A stretch of 57,979 nt of DNA. Source: Pseudomonadota bacterium (GTDB lineage: Bacteria > Pseudomonadota > Gammaproteobacteria > Ga0077536). The stretch covers positions 1 through 57,979 of the forward strand of contig JAPOKK010000001.1 of assembly GCA_029977665.1 (NCBI GenBank), written 5' to 3'. Under the pieces are notes generated by a model. It worked only from the letters and a program-made list of their open reading frames with translations, was not told the origin of the DNA and searched no databases. Both the position numbers and the translations under genes were made by a program. Within the stretch, counting starts at the first letter, position 1. Every line of letters begins with the position of its first letter. Shown piece by piece: positions 50,941 to 57,979 of this stretch.

Positions 50941-50962
50941 TTTCATTCATATGTTAATGAAA
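50941..50962. promoter_or_regulatory. inverted repeat TTTCATT-N8-AATGAAA between arsC and hpaR (candidate MarR/HpaR operator)
   Basis: The 7-bp arms are read directly from the sequence. It forms an AT-rich patch 44 nt upstream of the hpaR ATG. Confidence 0.4.
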
Positions 50963-51005
50963 TTCCCGTACGGCATCGACTTCCCGCCGCGCCACGCAGT
51001 CAGCC

Positions 51006-51500
51006 ATGCAGTCATTCGATCACTCGCTACCCATGCGGCTCTACCGCGCGCTCAACGCTGTCATGCCCCGCTTTCGCGCCCTGTTCACCGCTCATGGCCT
51101 GACCGAGCCGCAATGGCGTGTGCTGCGCGTGTTATGGGAGCGCGAGGAAGTGCCGTTCCGCGAACTCGCCGCGCTGACGCTGCTACCGGCGCCGAGTCTC
51201 GTCGGTGTCGTCGATCGCCTGCAGAACGCGGGACTGGTCGCGCGCCGCCGCCCGCCGAGCGACCGCCGCCAGGCGCTGGTGCGCGCAACCCCGCGTGGCC
51301 GCGCCCTCGAGGAGGACGTCATGCCCGCGGTGGAACGCATCTACGTCGAACTGCGTGAATCGCTCGATGCCGACACCTATGCCGGGCTCGTCGCCGGCCT
51401 CGACGCACTGGCCGCCAACGCGACCGCGCCGCGCACATCACGACACGCACCACGCGCTACCGCGCGGCGTGCCGCCACCACCAATACCGCAGGGGAGTGA
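51006..51500 (+). CDS. hpaR: MarR-family regulator, HpaR-like, 164 aa
   Basis: HGLTEPQWRVLRVLWEREEVPFRELAALTLLPAPSLVGVVDRLQNAGLV parallels E. coli HpaR. It lies 4 nt upstream of hpaB. Confidence 0.72.
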   Translation: MQSFDHSLPMRLYRALNAVMPRFRALFTAHGLTEPQWRVLRVLWEREEVPFRELAALTLLPAPSLVGVVDRLQNAGLVARRRPPSDRRQALVRATPRGRALEEDVMPAVERIYVELRESLDADTYAGLVAGLDALAANATAPRTSRHAPRATARRAATTNTAGE

Positions 51501-51504
51501 CGCC

Positions 51505-52965
51505 ATGAATACACCGACCACCGGCACCGGTATCCGCACCGGCGCGCAGTATCTCGAAGGCCTGCGCGACGATCGCGACGTGTGGTTGCGCGGCGAGCGC
51601 GTCCGCGACGTCACCACGCACCCGACGCTGTGCCGCGGCGCGCACACCCTGGCACGCTTCATGGACCGGCAGTTCGACCCGGCCTACCAGGATCGCATCA
51701 CCTTCGAGCAGGACGGTCGCCGCTACGCGATGTCCTTCCTGCTGCCGACCTCGGCCGCAGACGTGCGTCGCCGTGGCGATGCCTTCTACGAATGGGCGAC
51801 CTGGTCGAACGGCATGTTCGGACGCACGCCGGATTACAAGAACGCCTCGGTCACCGCATTCGCCGGCAGCGCCGAGTTCCTCGCGCAGGGCCGGCCCGAG
51901 TTCGCCGACAACATGCGCGCCTTCTATCGGTACGTGCGTGATAACGACCGCGTGCTGACGCACACGCTGGTCAACCCCACGTTCAGCCACGCGCAGTCCC
52001 GGGAAGGCAAGTACGACGAGAAAGTCGCGCTGCACATCGTGCGCGAAACCGACGCCGGCATCGTCGTGCGCGGCGCCCGCCTGCTCGCCACGCTCGGTCC
52101 GCATGCCGACGAAATCGAAGTCTTCCCCTCGACGCTGCTGACCGCCTCGGAAGAGAACCTGCCGTTCGCGTTCGCCTTCGCCATCCCGACCGCGACGCCC
52201 GGGGTACGCATGATCTGCCGCGACTCCTACGATCACGACAAGTCGACCTTCGACGCGCCGCTCGCCGCGCGCTTCGAGGAGATGGACGCGGTGGTCGTGT
52301 TCAACGACGTGCTGGTGCCGTGGGAGCGCGTGTTCATGTACCGCGAGCCCCTGCTGTGCAACCGCGCGTTCGCCGAGACCAATGCGGTCATCCACATGAT
52401 GCACCAGGTCGTGTGCGGCAAGCTGGCCAAGGCCGAGTTCGTCGTCGGCCTGCTGTGCGCGATGGCGAAAGCGACCGGCAAGGACCGCGACATGAACGTC
52501 AAGGCGCAGATTGCCGAGGCGATGTGGGCGGCCGAGACCATCCGCGCGTTCCGCTACCAGGCCGAGGGCGAGGCGCATGCCGACCAGTACGGCCACTACA
52601 TGCCCCTGCGCCGGCCGCTCGACACGTCACGCAACCTGTTCCCGCGCCTCTACCCGCGGCTGGTCGAGCTGATCCAGCTGCTCGGTTCGAGTTCGCTGAT
52701 GGCGACGCCGTGCGAAGCGGACTTCGGCGGTGACATCGCGGTCGACGTCGAACGCTACTTCCAGACCGAGAACCTCGCCAGCCGCGATCGCATCGCCCTG
52801 TTCCGCCTCGCCCACGACGTCGCGGTTTCCGGCTTCGGCAATCGCCAGGTGCTCTACGAGCGCTTCTTCTTCGGGCCGCAGAACGTGATGGCGTCGATCT
52901 ACTACGACCTGTACGACAAGGACGCCCAGCTCGCGCGCGTCGAGGCGCTGCTCGCGGACGGCTGA
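51505..52965 (+). CDS. hpaB: 4-hydroxyphenylacetate 3-monooxygenase family, oxygenase component, 486 aa
   Basis: TGAQYLEGLRDDRDVWLRGERV N-terminus and TFSHAQSR are present. The length and pattern fit HpaB-type two-component flavin monooxygenases. Confidence 0.85.
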   Translation: MNTPTTGTGIRTGAQYLEGLRDDRDVWLRGERVRDVTTHPTLCRGAHTLARFMDRQFDPAYQDRITFEQDGRRYAMSFLLPTSAADVRRRGDAFYEWATWSNGMFGRTPDYKNASVTAFAGSAEFLAQGRPEFADNMRAFYRYVRDNDRVLTHTLVNPTFSHAQSREGKYDEKVALHIVRETDAGIVVRGARLLATLGPHADEIEVFPSTLLTASEENLPFAFAFAIPTATPGVRMICRDSYDHDKSTFDAPLAARFEEMDAVVVFNDVLVPWERVFMYREPLLCNRAFAETNAVIHMMHQVVCGKLAKAEFVVGLLCAMAKATGKDRDMNVKAQIAEAMWAAETIRAFRYQAEGEAHADQYGHYMPLRRPLDTSRNLFPRLYPRLVELIQLLGSSSLMATPCEADFGGDIAVDVERYFQTENLASRDRIALFRLAHDVAVSGFGNRQVLYERFFFGPQNVMASIYYDLYDKDAQLARVEALLADG

Positions 52966-52972
52966 ACGCGGC

Positions 52973-53887
52973 TCAGGCGGCCTCGGTGCTGTCCAAGCGC
53001 ATGCGCGCGCGGTCGATGATGCGGCGCGCGGCCGGATGGTGCAGGCGCCGTTCGGGCGAGATCGCGACATAGCGCTCGCTGACGCCGGCCAACACGCCAA
53101 CCGGGCGGGCATCGTACATGCGCGCGAGGTGGTCGGTGAGCTGTACCGGTGCCGGAAACAGCGCTTCGCCGGCGGCCGCGAAGGCCTTCATCAGCGCGCT
53201 GTCCTCGAACTCCGCGATCACGCGCGGCTTGACGCCCTGGGTTTCGAGCCAGTCGTCGACGTGCCGTCGTAGCGCGCTTTCGTGGACCGGCAGGAGCAGC
53301 GGGGCGCCGTCCACGCTGGCCGGGAAGCGCCGGCGGTAACGCCTGGCATGACGCGCCGGCGCGAACAAGGCGACTTCGCTCTCACCGAGCGGGTAGTTGT
53401 AGGCACGCACGCTCAGGCCGGCCGGAATGGGCCGGTCCGAGAGCACCAGGTCGAGACGCGACACGGCGAGGTCGGCGAGCAGCTTCTCCAGCTCGCTCTC
53501 GCGGCACACGAGGCGCAGGTCCGATTCCAACGCGAGCGCCGGTTGCAGGATCTCGCGCGCGACGAGCTTCGAGATCGAATTGACGATGCCAACGTTGAAC
53601 GTGGCCGGCATGCCGGCATCGTCGCTCTTCATGCGCCGGCTGAGCTCGGCGCCAAGCGTGAAGATCTCGTCGGCATACTGCTGCACGATGAGTCCCGCGG
53701 CGGTCAATGCGAGCGCCCGGCCGGCACGCCGGAACAGCGGCTTGCCGATGACGCTCTCGAGCGCCTTGATCTGGCCGCTGATGGTCTGCGGCGCGAGATG
53801 CAGGGTATCGGCCGCGCGGGCCACGCTGCCTTCGCGGGCCACGGTCCAGAAGTAAAGCAGATGGTTGTAGTTCAGGTGGCGCATCAC
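52973..53887 (-). CDS. nhaR: LysR-family regulator, NhaR-like, 304 aa
   Basis: LNYNHLLYFWTVAREGSVARAADTLHLAPQTISGQIKALE and MKAFAAAGEALFPAP closely parallel E. coli NhaR as I recall it. Confidence 0.7.
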   Translation of the reverse strand: MMRHLNYNHLLYFWTVAREGSVARAADTLHLAPQTISGQIKALESVIGKPLFRRAGRALALTAAGLIVQQYADEIFTLGAELSRRMKSDDAGMPATFNVGIVNSISKLVAREILQPALALESDLRLVCRESELEKLLADLAVSRLDLVLSDRPIPAGLSVRAYNYPLGESEVALFAPARHARRYRRRFPASVDGAPLLLPVHESALRRHVDDWLETQGVKPRVIAEFEDSALMKAFAAAGEALFPAPVQLTDHLARMYDARPVGVLAGVSERYVAISPERRLHHPAARRIIDRARMRLDSTEAA

Positions 53888-53991
53888 CGGGGCTCCCGCT
53901 CGCGTGCATTCTCGGCGTCGGCGACGCCTGCGAAAAAGTCGTAATAAGCGAAATTTCAGTACGATTTTTTCGAATCATTTCGCCGCCCGGA

Positions 53992-54849
53992 TCACGTCGC
54001 CTCGAGGGCCTGCACGATGTGCTCATAGAGGCGCACCACGGGTTGTACGGGCCGACGCGCCTTCATGCACAGGGCAATCTCGGTATCGGGCAGGTCCGGC
54101 ATGTTCTCGTTCGGTCCGATGACCTGGTAGCCGGCCGGAACCATGTCACGCGGCAGGATGGTCACGCCGAGTCCCGCGCGTACCGCGGCGAGCGAACCGG
54201 CGAGGCTGGTGCTCTGGTACGCGATGCGCCACGGCCGGCCGGCCGCCTCGAGGGCGCCGACGGCACGCTCACGGTAGACACAGGGCTCCGGGGATACCAC
54301 CAGCGATACTTCATCGCCCAGCAGCGCGCCGCCGTACGCGTTGCAGACCCAGACCAAGGGTTCGCGCCAGACCCGGGTCCCCATCGAGGGTCCCATGGGA
54401 TCGCGCTTGAGCAGGACGAGGTCGTGGTGGCCGGCGCGGAACTGCCGCTCGAGCCGGCGCGTCAGTTCGCAGGTCACTTCGAGCCGCACGCGCGGATGCG
54501 CGCGGCTGAACGCGGCGAGCACCTGCGGCAGGTGGCTGGTCGCGAAGTCTTCCGGCGTGCCGAGACGCACGCGGCCTTCGAGTTCGGGCTCGGCGAGGCG
54601 CGAGAGAAGGTCGTCGCTCAGGCGTAACAGCTCGCGCCCGCGCTCGAGCAGGAGTTCGCCGTGCGCGGTCAATGCAAGGTTGCGCGTGTCGCGTGCGATG
54701 AGCGTCTGTCCGAGCTGCTCCTCGAGCTTCTTGATCTGCGCGCTGACCGTCGACTGCGTCTTGTTGAGGCGTTCCGCGGCACGCGTGAAGCCACCCGTCT
54801 CGACGATCGCGACGAAGGTCCGCAACAGGTCCAGTTCGAGCTGCATCAC
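53992..54849 (-). CDS. LysR-family transcriptional regulator, 285 aa, divergent from dabB
   Basis: LDLLRTFVAIVETGGFTRAAERLNKTQSTVSAQIKKLE is the LysR HTH. Confidence 0.9.
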   Translation of the reverse strand: MMQLELDLLRTFVAIVETGGFTRAAERLNKTQSTVSAQIKKLEEQLGQTLIARDTRNLALTAHGELLLERGRELLRLSDDLLSRLAEPELEGRVRLGTPEDFATSHLPQVLAAFSRAHPRVRLEVTCELTRRLERQFRAGHHDLVLLKRDPMGPSMGTRVWREPLVWVCNAYGGALLGDEVSLVVSPEPCVYRERAVGALEAAGRPWRIAYQSTSLAGSLAAVRAGLGVTILPRDMVPAGYQVIGPNENMPDLPDTEIALCMKARRPVQPVVRLYEHIVQALEAT

Positions 54850-54882
54850 AGTTCTCCGGGCGAGATTCGCGCCGAACTATTT

Positions 54883-54897
54883 ATCTTAGTTTTCGAT
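54883..54897. promoter_or_regulatory. candidate LysR box ATC-N9-GAT (T-N11-A) in the AT-rich LysR/dabB divergent promoter region
   Basis: The sequence ATCTTAGTTTTCGAT lies within the AT-rich stretch at about 54870-54940. Confidence 0.35.
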
Positions 54898-54993
54898 GAT
54901 ATTTAGTTTTTTTATTCGTTTCAATAATTTTGCTGCACTGCCCATACTGCGCGCCGTCACCGCTCGGGTGAATCGCTCCAGGAGATTTGCGCC

Positions 54994-56469
54994 ATGTCAG
55001 ACCTCGTCCAATGTGCCCTCGCGCTCGTCGTCGCGGGCTTTCTGCTCATCGCGCTCGGCGGCCCCGCCGCGCCGCTGCGGGCGCTGCGTCGGGCGAGCCG
55101 GCTTGCCGCCTCGAGCGCGCTCGGCGCGCTGACCGCCCTGCTCGTCCTGCCCGTCGATGCCTTCACCTACACCGCCCTGGTGCTGCTCACGCTGGGCGCG
55201 ACGCTCGCCTTCGCAGCGCTCGCCTTCTCCGTACGCCACATGCGTGGCGACGACCGTCTCGGTGCGTACGCACGCCACGTCGTGCTACTCGTCGCGGCCA
55301 CCCTGCTCGGCGCCGGTACTGACGACATGCTGCTCTTCGCCGCGGCCTGGCTGCTCGCCTCGCGCGTGGTCATCGAACTACTCGCCCATACCGCGACGCC
55401 CGCTCAGGCGGTGACTGCCGCCGGGCGCGCACGCACGAGTTTTCGCATTGGTGATACGGCTCTGCTGCTCGCGGTAGGCCTGGTGGTGCTGTTCAGCGGC
55501 CAGAGCGACTTCGAGGGGATTGGCACACAGCTCGCACCCGGCGCCAACGTAGCCGCGCCGATGCTCGTCGCCGCGCTCGCTCTGGTCGTTGCAGTCGTCG
55601 TACGCAGCGCCGGCCTGCCGGCGCATCGCTGGCTGCTCGCATCGACCGCGGCACCGACGCCGGTCTGCGCGCTGCTGCACGCTGGTTTCGTCAACGCCGG
55701 CGGCATCGCCGCGATCAAATTCGCGCCGTTGCTTTCGGCGCTGCCGGTCATCATGTTCGCGCTGTTGGCGAGCGGCGCCACGGCAGTCGTCGGCGGCACG
55801 GCGATCGCGCTCGTGCGCGTCGACGTAAAAGGCCGCCTCGCCGGCTCGACCGTCGCGCAGATGGGCTACATGCTCGTACAGTGCGGCCTCGGCGCATACG
55901 CGCACGCCCTGTTTCATATCCTCGCCCACGGCGCGTTCAAGGCACAGGCGTTCCTGCGTGCCGGCAGCGAGGTGAGTGTCCCCGGCGCCGGTACGCTCGC
56001 CGCGACCGCGCGCGGTGCGCAGTGGCTGCTGCTGTTGCCCTGTGTCGCCTTCTTCGTCGCCGCCTGGACCTCGCACCTCGCCCTGGCAGACCTCGTCTTG
56101 CTGAGCTTCGCGCTGACGCTCGCAATCGAAGCCCTCATGCTCGCATGGCGTCGCACCTGCCTGCGCACCGCGGCAGTGCGCACGCTGGTCGTGCTGGTCC
56201 CGGCCGCACTCGCGGGCGCCGCGGTACACCTCGCGCTCAGCGGCGCAATCGACGCTGCCGCACTGGTCAAGCACGCGCCCAGCACGCACCTCCTCGGCGC
56301 GATGATCGGCGCACTGTCACTGCTCGCCTTCGTGCGCGCCAAGCGTGTCGAGCTGCCCGCACCCGTGCACACCCTGCTCGTGCGCCTGGCTCGCGCCGAG
56401 CCGCCCGCGCGCGCCGCGCCGGGCGGTCCGCTCGTCACCGCGCTGCGTGCCGCACGGCGCGCCAACTGA
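54994..56469 (+). CDS. dabB: DabB, NuoL/Mrp-like proton-conducting membrane subunit of a DAB inorganic-carbon pump, 491 aa
   Basis: HAGFVNAGG, STVAQMGYM and HILAHGAFKAQAFL are proton-antiporter M-domain motifs. A DUF2309 gene follows directly. GGAG lies upstream of the ATG. Confidence 0.82.
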   Translation: MSDLVQCALALVVAGFLLIALGGPAAPLRALRRASRLAASSALGALTALLVLPVDAFTYTALVLLTLGATLAFAALAFSVRHMRGDDRLGAYARHVVLLVAATLLGAGTDDMLLFAAAWLLASRVVIELLAHTATPAQAVTAAGRARTSFRIGDTALLLAVGLVVLFSGQSDFEGIGTQLAPGANVAAPMLVAALALVVAVVVRSAGLPAHRWLLASTAAPTPVCALLHAGFVNAGGIAAIKFAPLLSALPVIMFALLASGATAVVGGTAIALVRVDVKGRLAGSTVAQMGYMLVQCGLGAYAHALFHILAHGAFKAQAFLRAGSEVSVPGAGTLAATARGAQWLLLLPCVAFFVAAWTSHLALADLVLLSFALTLAIEALMLAWRRTCLRTAAVRTLVVLVPAALAGAAVHLALSGAIDAAALVKHAPSTHLLGAMIGALSLLAFVRAKRVELPAPVHTLLVRLARAEPPARAAPGGPLVTALRAARRAN

Positions 56470-56489
56470 CCCCGCCGAGGAAAGACGCC

Positions 56490-57979
56490 ATGACCGCACC
56501 CTTCGCCGACGCCCACGCCATGGAGCAGCAGCTGCATGCGGCCATCACCGCCGCCGCCGCACGCTTGCCCCGCTTCTTCCCGCTCGACGCCTTCGTCGCC
56601 AGCAACCCGCTGCAGGGGTTCGAGCGCCTGGACTTCGATGCCGCGGTCGCGAGCGCACAACGTCTTTCCGGCGGGCGCGGCCACCTGCCGCTCGACGCGT
56701 ATCGCGAACGCCTTGCTCGCGGGCAGCTCGACGGCGCACGGCTGCAAGCGGCGATCGCGAGGGCATCGAGCGCCCCGGCCCTGGTGGTCGATGGCGACGA
56801 GCACACGCTACTCGATTACCTGTTCGCACGCGTCGAGCGCGCGCCGCACGCGCTGGCCCCGGCGCCCTCCCTGTTGTCGGCGGCAACGGCTGCCTGCGAG
56901 CGCGCCGGCCTCGGCAGCGACGACGGTGCCGCCGGCTGGCCGGCCGAACACACCACGCTGCTCGCCTGGCTCGACGCCCGCCTCGACGCCGGCCTCGACG
57001 CCGGCCTGTGTGCGCGACGCGACGCGCTGGTCGGGGCTTTCGTGCCGGCCTGCCTGCTGGGCGACGACGGCGGACTGTGTATGCCGGGCGCAAGAGACGG
57101 CCTGTACGCGGCATTCCGCCACCACATGGCAAACGACCCGCTGCTCGCCGACGCCGCCAACGCGCTGGACATGCCACGCGCGGCGCTTCTGCCAGAGGCC
57201 GCCGAGACCGCCGTGCTCGGCGCTCTCGGGGCGCTCGGACTCGCTCCCGAGCGTCGCGAGGACTACCTCTGCCAGCAGCTGTTCGCGCTCAAGGGCTGGG
57301 CCGCTTTCGTCGCCTGGTACGCCACCTCGCCGCGCGCCGCCGCGCAACCAGCCACGCTGCTCGACCTGCTCGCGGTGTTGCTGGTTACCGAACGCCTGCT
57401 GTGCGTCGATGTCGCGCTCGCGCACGACCTGCCGTGCGAAGTGCACGGCCTCGCCGCGCACCTGCCGCACGTCGCGAGTCACGAGCCGCCGCCAGCCGCA
57501 TCGGCGATTGCCGGATTCGCCGCTTTTCACGGCATCATGCCGGCCGTCCTCGAGCGCGCCGCGACGGCGGAGATCGCGACGCTCGCGAAGACCCTGTGCA
57601 CGCAGGATGACGGCTGGCTCGCCTTACGCTGCCTGGAGGCGGAAGAGCTCGCCTACCGCGACGCCCTCGTCAGCCAGCTCGCGACGTGCGCACCGGCAGC
57701 GCAACCGGGCAGCGCGCGGCCGCGCGCGCAGCTCGCCCTGTGCATCGACGTGCGCTCCGAACCGCTGCGGCGCGCGCTCGAGGCGCAGGGCGGTTACGAG
57801 ACGTTCGGTTATGCCGGCTTCTTCGGCGTCGCGGTCAGCTACGCGCGGCTCGACGGCAGCGTCTCGACGCACTGCCCGGTGTTGCTGGCACCGGCGCACG
57901 GCGCACACGAGCAGGCCGCGCCGGCCTTGCCCGCGCGTGCGCAGCGCCGGCTGTCTGCACGCGCGCGGCTCGCCGGCAG
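56490..57979 (+). CDS. dabA: DabA (DUF2309 family), N-terminal about 496 aa; the ORF continues past the right edge
   Basis: This ORF is not in the supplied track because no stop occurs before the window ends. I translated it by hand: MTAPFADAHAMEQQL...FFPLDAFVASNPLQGF...LALCIDVRSEPLRRALEAQGGYETFGYAGFFGVAV...CPVLLAP. These are hallmark DUF2309 motifs. GAGGAAAG lies upstream of the ATG. Confidence 0.85.
   Translation, partial: MTAPFADAHAMEQQLHAAITAAAARLPRFFPLDAFVASNPLQGFERLDFDAAVASAQRLSGGRGHLPLDAYRERLARGQLDGARLQAAIARASSAPALVVDGDEHTLLDYLFARVERAPHALAPAPSLLSAATAACERAGLGSDDGAAGWPAEHTTLLAWLDARLDAGLDAGLCARRDALVGAFVPACLLGDDGGLCMPGARDGLYAAFRHHMANDPLLADAANALDMPRAALLPEAAETAVLGALGALGLAPERREDYLCQQLFALKGWAAFVAWYATSPRAAAQPATLLDLLAVLLVTERLLCVDVALAHDLPCEVHGLAAHLPHVASHEPPPAASAIAGFAAFHGIMPAVLERAATAEIATLAKTLCTQDDGWLALRCLEAEELAYRDALVSQLATCAPAAQPGSARPRAQLALCIDVRSEPLRRALEAQGGYETFGYAGFFGVAVSYARLDGSVSTHCPVLLAPAHGAHEQAAPALPARAQRRLSARARLAG

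Noticed and set aside
56970-57005. A three-fold 12-nt tandem repeat (CTCGACGCCSGC) inside dabA, encoding LDARLDAGLDAG.
   Set aside because: It is short, in frame, and built from the commonest GC-rich codons. It is probably a trivial slippage product in a variable linker, with no evidence of function.
56345-57610. A 421-aa plus-strand ORF listed in the track across the dabA region.
   Set aside because: Its product is extremely rich in Arg, Pro and Ala. The alternative frame starting at 56490 has a Shine-Dalgarno sequence and encodes textbook DUF2309 motifs. That frame is simply unlisted, because it has no stop before the window ends.

Overview
This is a gene-dense, GC-rich proteobacterial chromosomal segment with about 50 CDS and 1 tRNA. 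I saw no transposase, integrase, phage gene or CRISPR array.

Gene order, left to right:
- dnaG (3' end), rpoD, tRNA(CAU)
- a LysR regulator
- an unknown 272-aa gene coupled to chaC
- ugpQ-glpK-glpD (glycerophosphodiester and glycerol catabolism)
- a periplasmic MBL hydrolase and an HD hydrolase
- RND pump 1 (adaptor then pump)
- a membrane-anchored amidohydrolase
- a tightly overlapping beta-ketoadipate operon, pcaI-pcaJ-pcaH-pcaG-pobA-pcaB-pcaC
- an APH-like phosphotransferase, an EVE-domain protein and an aldehyde dehydrogenase
- MgtC, a Bcr/CflA MFS transporter and a divergent Nramp-like transporter
- a DUF4212 small subunit with its sodium:solute symporter
- an Rrf2 regulator with an NDH-2-like flavoprotein
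- an orphan DUF1302 outer-membrane protein with a divergent TetR regulator
- an ETHE1-type persulfide dioxygenase operon
- a CarS-like gene, an EEP phosphatase and a CDP-alcohol phosphatidyltransferase
- an aminotransferase and carbamate kinase, convergent with a cpgS-like P-loop protein that follows RND pump 2 (pump then adaptor)
- an LLM oxidoreductase and arsC
- hpaR-hpaB
- two LysR regulators
- dabB-dabA (an inorganic-carbon pump). dabA runs off the right edge and is missing from the ORF track.

Most interesting observations:
1. A bacterial CDP-archaeol-synthase-like, EEP phosphatase and CDP-alcohol phosphatidyltransferase triad. It looks like a self-contained lipid activation and head-group module that I do not recognise as a described pathway.
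2. A family of AT-rich perfect palindromes (CAAAAGTGTC-W-GACACTTTTG) arranged as REPIN-like doublets at two loci in mutually inverted orientation.
3. A sharp codon-usage break inside rpoD, which suggests a chimeric join or a mosaic gene.
4. An RND pump with inverted gene order, apparently co-transcribed with a cyclic-2,3-diphosphoglycerate-synthetase-like protein.
5. A pca operon that lacks pcaD but is followed by an amidohydrolase.

All functional calls rest on motif and family recognition by eye. No database search was run.
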